DNA of 64,000 bases from a virus (lineage: Duplodnaviria; Caudoviricetes), in the IMG/VR virus record IMGVR_UViG_3300026270_000004, positions 37,471 to 101,470 of that record, one strand, 5' to 3'. The position numbers and the translations under genes are program-made. Every line of letters starts with the position of its first letter. Positions within the stretch are counted from its first letter, which is position 1. Below are positions 1 to 15,000 of this stretch, piece by piece. Under the pieces are notes generated by a model. The model was not told the DNA's origin, searched no databases, and was given only the letters and a program-made list of their open reading frames with translations.

Positions 1-3000
1 AATTGGACTAAACCAGCAGCAACTGCTTGCTCTGCAATGTATCTAATGTTTCCATCGATAGCATCACCACACTCAGCAAATAACTTATCTTTAGGATTCT
101 GATTGTAACTTTCAACATTACTTGCTCCATCACCTTGCTCCATATCATAATCTTTACCAAATGCATTACGCATTGTGCAAGTTAAGATATCTCTTAGAAG
201 CTTAACTACAGTAATAGATGCTTCCCATTCAGTCTCAATATGCTTAAGTGAATTATTTTCTGTCTCAACATATAATGCAGCAGCATCCCATACTTTCTCA
301 TTACAGTCGAAACGTATGTCATGAACCATTGCTTCGATCATGTCTAAGACATCATCTTCACAGTTAACATGACCATCAGGAATCATTAGGTTTCCATACT
401 TAGAAAGGTCATTCATTATGCTGACACATTCTTTAGCGATGACTGCTCTGTTATTCCAGATCATATCAGCAGCATCAAGATACCTATCATTGTTTGCTCT
501 ATTCTGGTTGTTAGGATATCCTTCAGTATCCTTAACGATTTCAGAATCTCTATATGCTGCCTTAGAAGTCCAGATAGGAGTGTAATATTCTTCATGTGCC
601 CATGCAGCAGCATTTAGTGCATTACCATCGTTATCTAATAGTGCACCAGCAACTTCACCAGGAGACATTAGAAGGTTATTAATTGCCTTCATAGCAAGCA
701 TCTTAGTATAATCAAATGCATCATTCAATGCAGCAAGCTCATGCTCAACATGGAGGATATTCTTTTGATCATCAAGATACTTGTCAATAACAGCTTGAGT
801 CTGGAATGTACCACCAGTAACTAAGTCAGCAATTACACCAGGAATAATGAAGTCCTTGATATCTCTCTCACAATATGGTTGACCATATCCAGGCATTTCA
901 AGGAAGTCAAAGACAACACCATCAATAGTTTTCTGATACTTGTCTTGAATATATCCAGCAACTTCTTCTGCAATGTAATCTCTATTCTTCCAAAGTTGGA
1001 ATCCACCTTCTCTGAATCTCTGATCATTAGGTGCAATAACCTTAAGAAGATCAGTCATCAAAGTATCAACTTCATCTTGAACTGCCTGTGAAGCAGGAGA
1101 TGCAAAGTTGTTAGGTATTCTATATCTTGTAGTATATGTGCCTGTTAGAGTTGCACTAGTTGTAGTGATTATTTCCTTAGTAAGTTTTGCTACTTCATTC
1201 CAAACATATAGAGATTGTAGAATCTCTTCTCCAATGAAGTCTAACTTACCACCAACTGTTAGATAAGTCCTAGCAGTATAGATTGTATGATAGTTACCAC
1301 CTTCTCTAAGGTCTTTAATTAGAGCACCAAGGATATAGTCCTTAGTATCTCTGATACATGTATCAGTACCACCATAACTGTTTTGAGCAGGGACATCACC
1401 ACGAATGTTGAAGTCACTAAATGCTGCCTTCATTCGACCCACTGCTTCTTCAGCAATGTAAGCACCGTTAAGGTCGATGATATCAGCACAGTCTCTATAT
1501 TCCTGACGACCTAAATCAACGTCCTCAGCAATAATTGCTAATCCTTCATAATCGATTCTCTTAGAAGTTGTAGCAGATGATCTCTGACCACTATACTTAG
1601 CGTATACTTCCTCAGTAGACAATATAAATGGTGCTTCACCATCTAGACCAAATACGATATTAGGATTATTATAATCTACCTGAGTAGGTGCAGTGAATCC
1701 AGTTGTATAAGCACCGATACCCTTCCAGATGCAAACGTTATCAACGTGTCCAGACCAATGAGTAGCACCGTTAAAGTCTTGACCAACGTAACATGCAGCA
1801 TAGAGGTAATCGTTAGTATCAGCAACGTTTCCACCAAGTTGAGCACCGTTAATATACAACTGAGTAATTCCGTTGTTTCTGCTAACTGCAATATGATGCC
1901 ATGTACCAGTTGTAGTAACTACGTTACCACTGGTTAATAATTGAGTAGTGCCATTATAAACCTTAATTGCTTGTGCATCTTGGACAATTCTTAAACCTTG
2001 AGCAGCACTTAAACGACGGAAGTCAAATAGTGTTTGCAGGGTTGTATTTGTAGCAGAACGGAACCAACCTTCAATTGTGAAGTCTCCAGTTCCGAAAGCA
2101 TAGTCATAAGAAGCAGGACTGCTTAATGCACCATTAGTAGGAATATAGATGGATTTAGTACCACTTAATTCTGCTTTCTTAACAATTACACTTTGAGTGC
2201 AATTAGTGAAAGTTAGAGTAGAGTTAGTGATATATTCACCTGCTTGGAATACTCCAGTCACAGGACCAGCAAACAACCACTTAAGACCAGAATTAACTCC
2301 AATTGCTTGGAATAGTGCTCCAGAAGTCATACCCTTGATCTGGTCACCCATTACGAATAAACCAGTTGACTTATCCTTATAACCGATCTTAGTTGTCCTG
2401 ATAGTTTCATTTGCTTCAAATGTACCATCAGTAACAGCAAGAGCATTAACATTGGTTAAATTACCTGCTGTCATTGCAGTTGTAGCAATCGCTCTCAGAG
2501 TGTCAATATAAGACTTAACATTGGCACAATTGTTGATATCTTGGTTATTACCAGATGCATAGTTAAGATCGTAGTTATTAGCAGGAGCAACACCACCAGT
2601 GTAAGTAGTAGGATCATTAAGGTTATATCCCTGTCCAGAGAGATCCTTCCAATACATTAGGTTATTAATCGCTCTATGCATGAATGTGCCAGCAGCAGTA
2701 AATGCATGAACTGCTTCTGCCTCTTCTCCAACAATACCGTTAGTTAGAGGTGTGCCATCTTCATTAAAGAATTTTTTAGTAAATTCAACTGTATTGAAGT
2801 TACCACCTTGTCCAACATCATTAGCAATAGCATCAATCATGTATCCAAGGTCTCTTCTGCACTTCTCTTGGTGTGGTGAGTATGTGCCACCTGCTTCGAC
2901 AGGAAGATCATTTAGACTTGCATTATTCAATGCTTCATCGATAAACTGATGTAGAGTTGTAATTGCTGCTTGAACGTCTGAGCAATTGTCAGAATCAGTA

Positions 3001-6000
3001 TTATCAGCATTAGATCCAGCAGTACCGTAAGGATTGCCAGGTGAAGGGTCAGCAGTGATTGTAAGGTCTTGATATGCAGTCCAAGAGTCACCAGAGTTAA
3101 CAGCACTGATTGTTCCTGAATATCCGTTTGCAATCGCAACATTCATGCGATCTTTTGCTTTTTCGTAAGCATACTTGGTTTCTGCAACCTCAGCATTAAC
3201 ATAAGTGAATGTTCCGTTTTCGTCGAAGTATTGTTGGACAAACTTACGAGCATAGCGGTTTCCACCAGCATAGATGTCTATAGAAATTGCATCGATGAAA
3301 TATTCAAGATCTCGCTTACATTTCGCATCTGAAGGAATTGAAGAAGAAGGATATTGCGTTTTCATGTCATCAAACGCCATTCCAGCAATCATTGCCTTAT
3401 TCTTCTGAATCATCCTGTAAGCGTCTTTAAATCGACTCCAGTTGTTAGTAATAACGTCGGAGGGGAAATAGTAGTCTGGATAGTCAATTGCAATTGCTGC
3501 TTCTGCAAAATCGATGATTTCTTGCTTATTATTAGAAATATTACGTCTTGCATCAAGGAATCTGTTTGCAGCGATTCCGTGGAAGGTAGAAATTGGATTT
3601 CCGTAAAATGCCTTCTTATTACGAATAACCATTCCATCAGTAAGAGTACCACCACTTAATTGACTATAAGTGACCTCAGTAGTCCTAACTTGCTCAAAAT
3701 TCAAGAAGTCAGCATTAATTCTATTCTCAGAGTTATAGAGCTCAGTAGGAGTGATAGAAGATTGTGAAATATCATCTAAGATGACATTGGGGTTAGTTAG
3801 TGAAACTAAACGCTCAAATAGTAATCCAAAGAATGTTGTTCCCTTGTTAATGATTAATTCATCAACAACTTCACCATTAATAGGATCTTGATAAGGAGCA
3901 ATGTATGTAATCTGGCCTGCAATTCCTGATGAGGCAGAATAAATGTACTCGTTAAGTTTAAAGTCAAAGATACCAGTCTCAAACCTAGGAGTACCTGAAG
4001 TCTTACTTACAACCACTCTATCAGTTACATTACCCTGATTATCTACGTTAGTCTCTTCAATGTATGCAGTGTCACCATCAAGGTTGGTAAGTGATTCACC
4101 AAACTCAAATATGGTAGGAGTATTAAGAGGGGTAACTGACTCGATCAATGCAGCGAATAATTCACCTCTCTTGATTTGCTCATTAAGTTGGAATGTGCCA
4201 CTTACGTTAATAACGTCAATGTGGTTAGTACCTGAATCAATAACAGTACCAATGACATCTGATAGAGCACCTTGGACTTGTTGTCCTAATGTTGGGAAGA
4301 TACCATAGTTAGATCCACCACCATCATTGTAAAGTGCAATTCTGTAAATGGTAGTAGGAGTAACAGATAGAGTCCTATAGTTAACCTTAGATGGTGGTTT
4401 AGGTGGCTCAGCAAATACTAAGTTACCACCAACGATCTGATAAGAAGTACCAGGTGACTGAATGATACCATTCAGAGTTATCATCAACTGGTCTTGCTTA
4501 ACGATTACAGTTTCACCCTCAACAGTAATTGGGAATGACTTCTTAATACCATCAAACTGATCTTGGACGTTATCCATCTTCTTAACAATAGAAGTTAAGA
4601 TTTCCTCAGAAGATGTTAGACGCTTCTTACGGAAGAGAACCTCAGTATTGTTGTAGTCAGTATAGATTGGTTGAGCAGCACCGAATGATGTAATCTGGTT
4701 TACATTACTATAGTTGTTAATATTAACCTTCTTAGTAAACTCAGTACCAATACGTCTTCCAGATACGTCCTTACCACCAGTCAGTTGTAACTGACCAAAC
4801 ATATTGAAACCAGCAGGGTGGTTATTTTCTAATACCTGTGTCTTCCATTCTGTAATAGGAATCTCAGACTGGACAACATATGAGAAGTTCTGGTAGAAGA
4901 AACTATCTTGAATCTTCTGGACAATCTCAGATGGTTTACCAACGTCATCAATAAATCGGCCTGGTGTCTTCGTTAGGGAGCCGATATTCAGCACACCACG
5001 TGCTATTGAGAAGTTATCGATAATACCAGATGCTTTAGATATCTCACCTGTTACCTTCTCTCCTTCTGCCCAGTCACCAGTATAATCAACGATCTTAAGA
5101 ATCTTAGGACCAATCTGCCAACCAGTGTTAGTAGAAACCTTACCTCTTGCAGTAGAAGTTTCAGTAGAAGATCCTTGGAATACTTCTTCTCCTTCTAAGA
5201 ATCTTGAAGTCTCGATAACAGCAACTGCTTTACCACCGAATACTTCAGTTAGAAGTGTCTGTCTACCAGATCCTTGAGTTAGGAAGGTAATATAAGATCC
5301 ACCTTGTGCAGCAGCTAAAGTAAGACCAAATCTCAACTGGTCACTTTCCAAACCAGCTGCTTCACCAGCAATAGCATAGTAAGTCTGTCCTTCAACCAAA
5401 CTGGTTAAACCTGCGGTAGATGGTTTTGGTAATTCACCTTCTGTGCTACCAATATCATCTGCTCTAAACTGGACTTCAGCACCAGTGGTAATACCATGTG
5501 GGAAGTTAAACTGTAGGTAGTTAAGGTCTAAGTTAACAACGTAGTTAAATTCTGATTTTAGAGTAACATCAGGTTCTGATGAGTACCCAGCACCACTGTT
5601 TTTAATGATAATTTCACTAAGACGATTATTCTTAACAATTGCTTCTGCATCAGCACCTGATCCACCACCACCTTCGATTACAACAGCAGGAGTAGAAGTA
5701 TATCCAGAACCTGGGTCAGTTATCTTAATCTGACTTAGTATTGATGTATTGAAGAGTTGTAAGTTAACAGGGAAGGTAATCTCTGGTTTTAGAGTATAGT
5801 CATGTGAATAACCGAAACCAAATTCATTATTCTTCAGTCTCTTAATCTTACCAATATTAGTACCTGTTAAGAATACAGATGCACCAGATCCTTCTTCAGG
5901 AATAACAACAGTTACAGATCCACCAGAACCTGCAAGAGTTGCTCCTAAGATACCAGGAATAGAATCTATGTCAATAGATGCAATAGTATAACCTTTACCT

Positions 6001-9000
6001 GGATCTGCTACAGCAACACCAGTAATAGTTCCTGATCCAACCTCAGCATCAAATTCAACAGTAACGGTTGCTTTACCACCTTCACCGTCTCCAGCTATAG
6101 GGACTTCATAGTATACACCAACAGCATATTCAGTACCTCCATCATTAACAACAACCTTCTCAACTTGTCTGAAGGATGCAATGTCACTAATGATAGGTAA
6201 CTTCTGATAGAAACCACCAGCAGATACTAGTTTAATAGTATTGATCGGTCCAACTGCTCTTACAGAAGTAGTTGAATAGTATGAGTAGACATTATCAAAT
6301 GGGTCAGTGCCTACCTCAGCATTTAATCTTTCAGGTTCCTTATCTAATCTGAATCTAAACTCAGTATCACTTAGTATCTCAGTTACCTTAAATGTACCTT
6401 GGAATGGTGTAGTAATAACATCAATGAATGAGTTATCACCAACTGGAGAATCAGCACCAGTCCTTGATGGATCAAAGTAGTAAGAGATGTTAGTTACATC
6501 ACCCAATACAGAGAACTTAACGAATGGATAATTATCTCCACCAAGAGGAATACCTGGTGTGCCAGATCTTGTAATATTATTAAATGAGTATTCTAGTTTA
6601 TACTGGTTATCTTGTGAGAATGACAAGTAATAACCGAAGTTAGATGTATCAGATAAGTCGAAGACATACTGATGATTTCTAGTAAACTCTAGAGTTGGGT
6701 GCTTCGCATAGATGTTAACATTATTAATAGCATTTGAATTAAATGCAGGGTCACTTACAGCAACATCTCTAATACCATATGTAAATTCTCTAGATCCAAT
6801 TATCTGATCGATGAAGAATGATCCATTGAATTGATCACCTTGGAATCCTTCAGTGAAGATAATATCTCCAGCATCGAATCCATGAGCATCATTAGATGTG
6901 CAATATACTAGATTTGTCCTTGTGCTATTAGTCCTAATAATATCCTTCTCAAGACGTGCAGTAACACGAATCTTCTTAACAGATGCAAATCCAGAAATAA
7001 CTACACTCTTCTGATCATCTGCCTCAGTTATATTACCAGCATTGATAGAAATAACGTCTTCTGGAATGTATAGTGAACCAGGTTGAATCTCTACAATCTG
7101 GACTGTATAATTGTTACCTAGGTCATATGGAAGAGTTCTAGCAAAATCACTAATTGGTGTTGAAGTAGATTCCCATGTCCATGTAACACCACCGTCAGTA
7201 TCAGCACCAGTAGTATGTGTTGGAGGAGTTGTGCCTGATACACCAGCACCACCTGCACCTACAACATATACATTTAACTTATGCCATACTTTCTGTCCTA
7301 CAACATATAGAATACCTGAATCCCACTCTGGCATATCAGAGTCAAGATACTGAGGCATTGGGTATGGATGCTGAGTTAGATCAACAGTAAACTTACCTGC
7401 ATCATCTATAAATGCCCAGTTGATTACGCCATCACTTTGGACACCACCAGTATGTACTGGAGGAATAGTACCAGTAGTACCTGTGCCTTGTGATTGGAAG
7501 ATCTTTTTATCATAATACCTTCTTTCACCAGTGGTTACTGCTACACCTGCTGCCCAAGGTATCTCTGGTTCTTCAACATTAAAGTATGATCCAGAAATCT
7601 GGTTTACATCTCCAACATCAGTTTTAAAGAGATCAGTATTATTAAAGGTACCGTATATCTTACCAACCTGATACTTGTTACCCATTCCAGGGTTGAGTAA
7701 ATCATACTCATTTGGACAACCAACAATAGTACCATATGCACTAACAACTTGACCTGAGAGAGTATTAGTATACTGTTGAATTATAGAATTCTTTGTAAGT
7801 TTAACATCTTGGTTGAAAGTAAATTCAAGGACGTTATCAACTTTCTGATACAATGCATCACGCATGTAGAACTTACTGATAACATCAGCAGTAATCTGAA
7901 GTCTCTTACCTAGAGGTGATGGAATAGTAGAAGTCTTAGTAGCATACTCTGTAAGAGCATTACTGAATGTATATGTGCCAGGATTCATTGTAGAAACGAC
8001 CTGAGACATATCCAATATTTGTAGACCACCAGCACCAATTACCCAGTTGCTTAATGCAGCACCAGATACATCAGTCCAAATAGTAGGAGTCTCAATATCA
8101 GAGAATTCAATAGTAGTATATGCTGTTAAACCAGTAAGAGTATATGCTGCTCTCTTATCATGCAATCTATCAAACTTGATTAGTGCAGAATCAGAGATTG
8201 ATGTTGTAACAGGAATCTCAGCAGTTGGGACAAGGTATGTTCCGTTATATGGAGCAGCATCATCAAAGACTAGATCATCAATCCAACCAATCAGTGAGTT
8301 AGCTGTATTAGGTCCACTATACTTACCAGCAATAGTAATATCTGCAATACTAATATCTGAAGTAGACTGATAGTTAACTACAAGGTTACCATTCAAGAAT
8401 ACCTCATACTGATACAATCCAAGAGATTCTTCTCTCTTCTGGAATGTTACATGCACCCAAGCAGCACCACCAAATGTAGTCCAATGAGTAGCAGTAGCAG
8501 AAGTTGCTACTTCTGTTGAGTTTACATATAGGACAACTTTCTCATAGTTACCACTAGTAGCATCACCATCTATTTCAACTTGAATAGAATCACCTGCAAT
8601 AGGAGTTACATCAAATAATATGGGTTTGTTATTACCTGCATGATGTGCAGTAGCAACTGACATCCATGCTCTTGCACTCCACTCTTTAGTAGTTAAATTC
8701 ATGCCTGGGAATTTAACAGGAGATATTCCACTCAACTTAAGTGAACCTGTTCCAAACTTCTGGATTGAAGTGTCGATGGAAACATTAGAAGGAGTATGTA
8801 ATGCTGGAGTTACTAATTCTTGCTTTGTAGTATCTTCAACAGCGTTAGCAACGTTATTGAAACGATGTGATGCTAATTGATCAGGTTGTCTACGATCTAC
8901 TGCAATAATACAGTCACCAGAACTATCTACTGAATGTGACTTAGCTTGGAATCCAATACGGTCAGTATCATCAACCTTAGTCTCTTTAATAACTGTTCCA

Positions 9001-12000
9001 TCATACTTAAGATAATGAATAACAGCATATCTCTGATTCTCTGATTCTTGAACGTCAGATACAATTGTATAGTTGCCAAATACATCTACACTGATACCTG
9101 CATGTTGAATATTCTCAACCTCTCCAGAAATATTAACTGTCTTACTCCAAGTCCACTGACTATTAGCAGTTGCTAATGGGAACTTATTAACCTGAATCTT
9201 CTCAAACTTCTGAGTAGCACCGTTATATACATCCCAGATACAGATTACATCATTGTAATCATCAATTGTGAATTCTGGGTTTCTTACATATCCACCAACT
9301 GTAGGAATCTGTCTGATATACTCAATCTCAAGGTTTGCACCGTCATAGAAGATTACACCGAAGATACAGTCATCATTTTGGTCATTAACACCAACAAAGA
9401 AGAATCTATCATCAGATATCCATTTGATCTGATTGATCATCTCAGAATCATTTGCAGATGCAATCTTTCTCTTCTCTACAAGGTCACCATCTAGATCACA
9501 CTGAATGATCCACATATCGTTAGGATCAATAGAGTTACTATCTGTATAACCTGCAATGTAAATTCTCTTCTCTTGATCAAGTGCAATACTTGTTACCCAA
9601 TCCCTTCTAGAAAGACCTGAGATACCTGCAATTGCCTTCTGCCACTGTAGAATACCATCAGGAGCATTAGCATTATTAAATCCAGACTTATACAGACCTA
9701 ACCAAACATCAGGATTATACTGGTTATTGTTAGGATCATATGTCTGACCAACAACATAGATCTTATCATCTTCTTCAGATTCATCAATATACATCTTGAT
9801 GAATTCTGCCTTCTTAACACCTGAATTAGTAGGTAGTAAGTTTCTCTCCCAAACCTTTTGGCCTAGGTCGTCAAACTTGGCAAGAAATGCTGCTTGATCA
9901 CCATCTGTCTCAAGGACACTACCACAGATATAAGTGTATCTGTCAGCAGTAGTCAATGTATGATGTATAGAGACTTGACCTGTTGCTTCCTTATACTCAG
10001 TGATCCAGTAACGAGTCTTCTTGTATTGCTGAGGATGAGATACCCTAATTTGAGGAGGATTGTCAGCATCATATCCATTACCAGAGTTAATGATATTGAC
10101 AGTGTTAATCTGACCAGTACCTTCAAGGTTTAGAGATAACTCAGCATCTTTACCAGATGCAGTAATCAATTCAAATGTAGGTGGAATATCATTATTATAT
10201 CCAGTACCAGCTTGGACTATATTAATTCTCTCAACACCAGCAACAACCTTAACTCTATAGGTCTTATTAGTGTTATCAATGACAGGACGTGAATTTACAA
10301 TGATTTCATCCTGTTGACGTAACTCATGTCCAGCTTCAGTTACGATCTTACCGTATGGACGGTCACCAATGATCTCTTTCTGATAAGCAGTGATCCTTTG
10401 ACCCTTAACAGAATCAATAATAGCAGATGCACCAAATCCACCAGTACCTTCATTATCGAAGAATACAGTATCATTAACCTGATAAGAAACACCTGGGTTC
10501 TCAATAACGAATCCATCAATCTGAGCATTCTCAAATTGAGTAGTTGTCTCAACTTCAATATCAACTCTAGACTCTGGTGATACTCTTGGGAAGTAATCAT
10601 AGATTTGTAGAGTTGCCTCTTCAGACATCTCTAGAATCTCTTGTTGCTCATTAGCATCAATCAAACCATCATTGTTAGAGTCTTGTATTTCAAAGATGAT
10701 AGGATATCCTTCTTTCTCAGTAGTAAGGACATCTGCCTCTTGGTTTGGTTGACGATCAACATCAATATCAACATCAGTGTATGGATCTCTATAACGGACA
10801 ACTCCATTAGGAATATTCTCTTGTGTTGCTGCCTGAGAGAAGTTCCAGTTATCTGGTAATGAGTTAAACTGAGGTCCAAGGATATATGGGAATTCAGCAA
10901 TACCTGCATCACTAGCATCAATAGTTACAAAGTAAGCATAGACTCCTTCTGGGAAGTCAGGTGTCTTACAGAAACGACCATTATAGTTGTCTAGGTCACC
11001 AGACTGGAAGTCATAATAGTAGTCATCAATAAATGTACCAGCATCATATGTTGCAATAGGAGGACCATCTACCCTAGAAGGGTTAGGATTAGTAGCAGCA
11101 TCGAATACAACATTTTCCTTCAATTTAAAGGAAGTACGCATTCTTCTAATACCACTATTCTGATCAGTAGGATCAATATATCCATAAGGACCATATATTG
11201 GGTTACCATCAAATGCCCAACCAATAATAGGTGAGTGCTCAAAGTTAGCAGCAACTTCTTGGAATTGCTGAGTAACAGGGTTTAGGAATACGTTATCACC
11301 AACAACATATCTTAATTCTTTAGGATCTGATAGGTGAGCATATTCACCACCAAACTGGTTGTTATATCCAGTAAATACATAACCTCTTGCAAAGTCATAA
11401 TTGTCTACTAATTCATATTGAAGGTTTTTATTCCACTGATAGACTGTAGGTTGGAATGACGCTAATTGACCCACTGCTTCGAGTCTGACAGTCGTTAAAC
11501 CTTGTGTATACCCAATACCCTTGTTGATAATAGTTACACCTAAAACACGACCTTTATCTTCTCCAATTGTGCCGATAGTTGCTTTAGCAATAGCACCAAA
11601 TCCATCACCATTAATAATGATGTTAGGAGCAGTTGTATAGGATTCACCAGAGTTAATAATAGCGATAGATACGATTCTGCCATTAATAACGATTGGTTGT
11701 GCTAGAGCACCTTCACCAGAGTTAACCTTAACAGAAGGAAGTGAAGTATATCCACTACCAAAGTTAGTGATGTTTACACTGGAAATTGGACCTCTAACGT
11801 TAGCAGTTGCAGTAGCACCAGTACCACCGCCACCTGTGATAGAAACTAGGGGTTGTGTAGTATAATTCGTTCCTGGTTGCTCAACTAGAATTCTTGTTAC
11901 TCTACCACCAGTAATAACTGCTTGTGCAGTAGCACCTGATCCACCACCCCCAACAATCGATACAAGAGGTGATTCTGTGTAACCAGTACCTTCAGTAACC

Positions 12001-15000
12001 ATATCGAAGGAGGTTAGACTACCATTAACGACAACCTCTGCTTCAGCACCAGTACCACCGCCACCAGTGATCTCTACGTTGGGTTTAGCACCAGCATCGT
12101 ATGATTCACCAACATTGGTAACTGCGATGCTAGTAAGAGGTCCATACTGGATAAATTCTCTAGATTTGTAAGACCAGATAGAAACACCGTTTACCCAAGC
12201 ACCAATTGGTGTTCCTGGGTCAATTGTCTTTCTTTCGGAAATAGTTTGGACTAATCTTGGAAATCTAAGTAATTTTCTTTGGTTTCCTGGAATTAGAGCA
12301 GATCCTGTAAATGGACCTATTTTGTAGTTAGGAAGTCCAGATGCAGCGACATAAACGTAATCATCGTTGAAAAACGAGTTTTGGATGTTTGTAGTAAACT
12401 CAGATACAACAGAATTGATAGAAGCGATATCTGACTTACCTCTATTCAAGTCAACCGATAAAAGGATGTTTCCTTGAGGTAAAATCTCAGTAGGAACGTT
12501 TATCTGATATGAGAAGGTAAATTGGTCAATTCTTGATGTTACAGTGAATGTACCGTTGTAAACAACTGGGTTTGCACCATATATCGTAACTTGGTCAGAA
12601 ACTAGCAAACCATGAGGGTTACCGCAAACTACAGTCGCAGTCTGGTTATTAACACCACCAGGAGTGATGCTATCAACTTGAATCAGTTTCTTAACGTTAT
12701 ATAACCAAGATTGGAGTCTTAACTCCTCAGCAGTCGATCCAAGGTTTGCAACCTTCAGTTTATCACCACCAAGGTAGTAACTACCAGTATCGTTTAGTAC
12801 TGTGGTACCTGCTTCAGCAATACCAAGAATCCTTAACTTACATTCCTGTGCAGTGCCTCTGTTGACATAAACGAAGATATCGGACTGAATTATAGTACCA
12901 GGATCCCAATCTTCGACAATTCCATTCTTAGACCTAGTACACTCGATGAACTGGTTAAGGGACTTCTCCTTATACTGGACTTGCTCTACATCATTGATTC
13001 TGATAGTACCATTTCTCTCGGGCCATCCAATTGTACTGTCAACCGTAATTATCTGCCCAGTAGTGGTTAAAGGCTCAACTAGACGAGTCTTATAAGGAAT
13101 AATGAAGTTACCAACTAAGGTTTCCTCAGATATTGCCAATTCATAGATTGTGTCAGTACCTTCAATGATAGTAATGACGTTTTCGATCAATGCAGACGCA
13201 GCAGTAACACTAGTGTCTACTTCATCAGCATATTGGTTAACTTCAGAGTCAATTAGGTTTGAAGGGTCACCTTCAAGCAATTCTGCTCTTAGAATGGTGT
13301 CTACAACCCAAGTTGCATGAGATGGACTTATAATTTCATCTTTAGGGTAGTAAAGATCAACATCTTCACCAAATAGGATTTTAAAGAGATATTGGGTTGC
13401 TAACTTCGTACCTTTTGAGATATAGAAGTCATTAATGTTTTTAATAACCTGAACTGGGTTAACTTTACCAAAATCGATATCTAAGGTTGGAAGATACTGT
13501 CTTCTAAACTTATCAAAGACTTCTTTAATGAATAAAGAGTCAAGGTTGGTAACATGAGCACCAGCAACGTGATTTGACTGTCTTAATGCTGCTTCTCCTG
13601 CATATATCTCATTATGGAGGTTATCATACCCTACAGCACCAGAAACGCCTCTGGAGCATCCTAGGAAGGCACTAGAGGCATATCCTGATCCATATTCCAG
13701 TATATCGAATCCTGTAACCTGATCAAACCCAACATCCACAGATGCCCTTGCTGCTTTTGGTTCAGCAATGTAAATCTTGGGTGGAAACTCTGTAGAGTAA
13801 CCAGATCCAAAATTAGTGATATTAATATCTGTTATTTCACCGTTAAAGATGGTTGCTTCTGCTAAAGCACCAGTACCACCTATAGGTTCTCCATATCCGT
13901 CTTTTCTATCATCTACGATATAAACTGAAGGTGCATCGGTATAACCCATACCACCAGTCAACATTTCAATATTTGTGACTGATCCAGATGCTACAGTAAC
14001 GTCTAATACCTGAGCACCGATAGGATTGACAATTGCCACTCTAGGAGGTGTTGTATACCCTCTACCACGGTTGGTGATCTGTACTTCGTATACTTGACCA
14101 TCCTGGTTGATTTTTGATATAGCAGAAGCATTGATTCCACCGATAGGGGCAGGATCAATGTAAACTACAGGTGCATTACTATAACCACTACCCATTGTAT
14201 CAACGGTAATGGTTCCTATGTTAATTCTACCTTCACCATCAATAGTAGGAGGTGAAATGGTTGCTCCACCTGGATTCTTGAAAGATATAGCAGGAATGAA
14301 GTCATATCCACTACCACTGTTAGTAATAGTGACAGAATCGACCATTCCAGTCTCATCATTAACTGTGAGACTCAATTGAGCAGGTGTACCGTTAGGATTG
14401 GTGGGTGCAACAACAACAGGGATTGGTGGGTTGTATGAAGAGTATCCTTGACCACCATCAATCAAATTGATGTCTTTAATACCAGCAATTAGGGATTTGG
14501 CAGTTGCATCCGATCCTGAATTACTTGTAATAGCAACTTTAGGTGCAAAATCAAGTCTATACTTAGATCCACCAGTTTTAGGAATTAAACTGGTTATTGT
14601 GCCATTATCATCAACCTTAGCAATTGCTGAGGCTCCTGAACCATAAGCAGGAGGAGTATATTCGACAGACCTAATATGAATAGCATCAGCAGCTCCAATT
14701 TCATTTTTGAAAACAACTTTATCTTCAAAAACGGTGAAATCGGTGTAAGGTTCTTGTAAACGACCATTTTTATTAATTACGAGTCCAATTTCGGAAGTTG
14801 GAGTATAAGATTGGTTATTAATTCTTAAAGGATAGAATTTAGTGCCTTGCCACTCTGTATAAGGAATAGAATCACAAGTTTTGATCGGTTGATCCGAATA
14901 TCCGACCAAATAAGTTACAGAAGTGAATTCTGAGTCATCAGATCCAATTTGATCTCTAGGTGCTTCTGCAAAACGTAAATTAAGACCTTCAACGTAGTAA

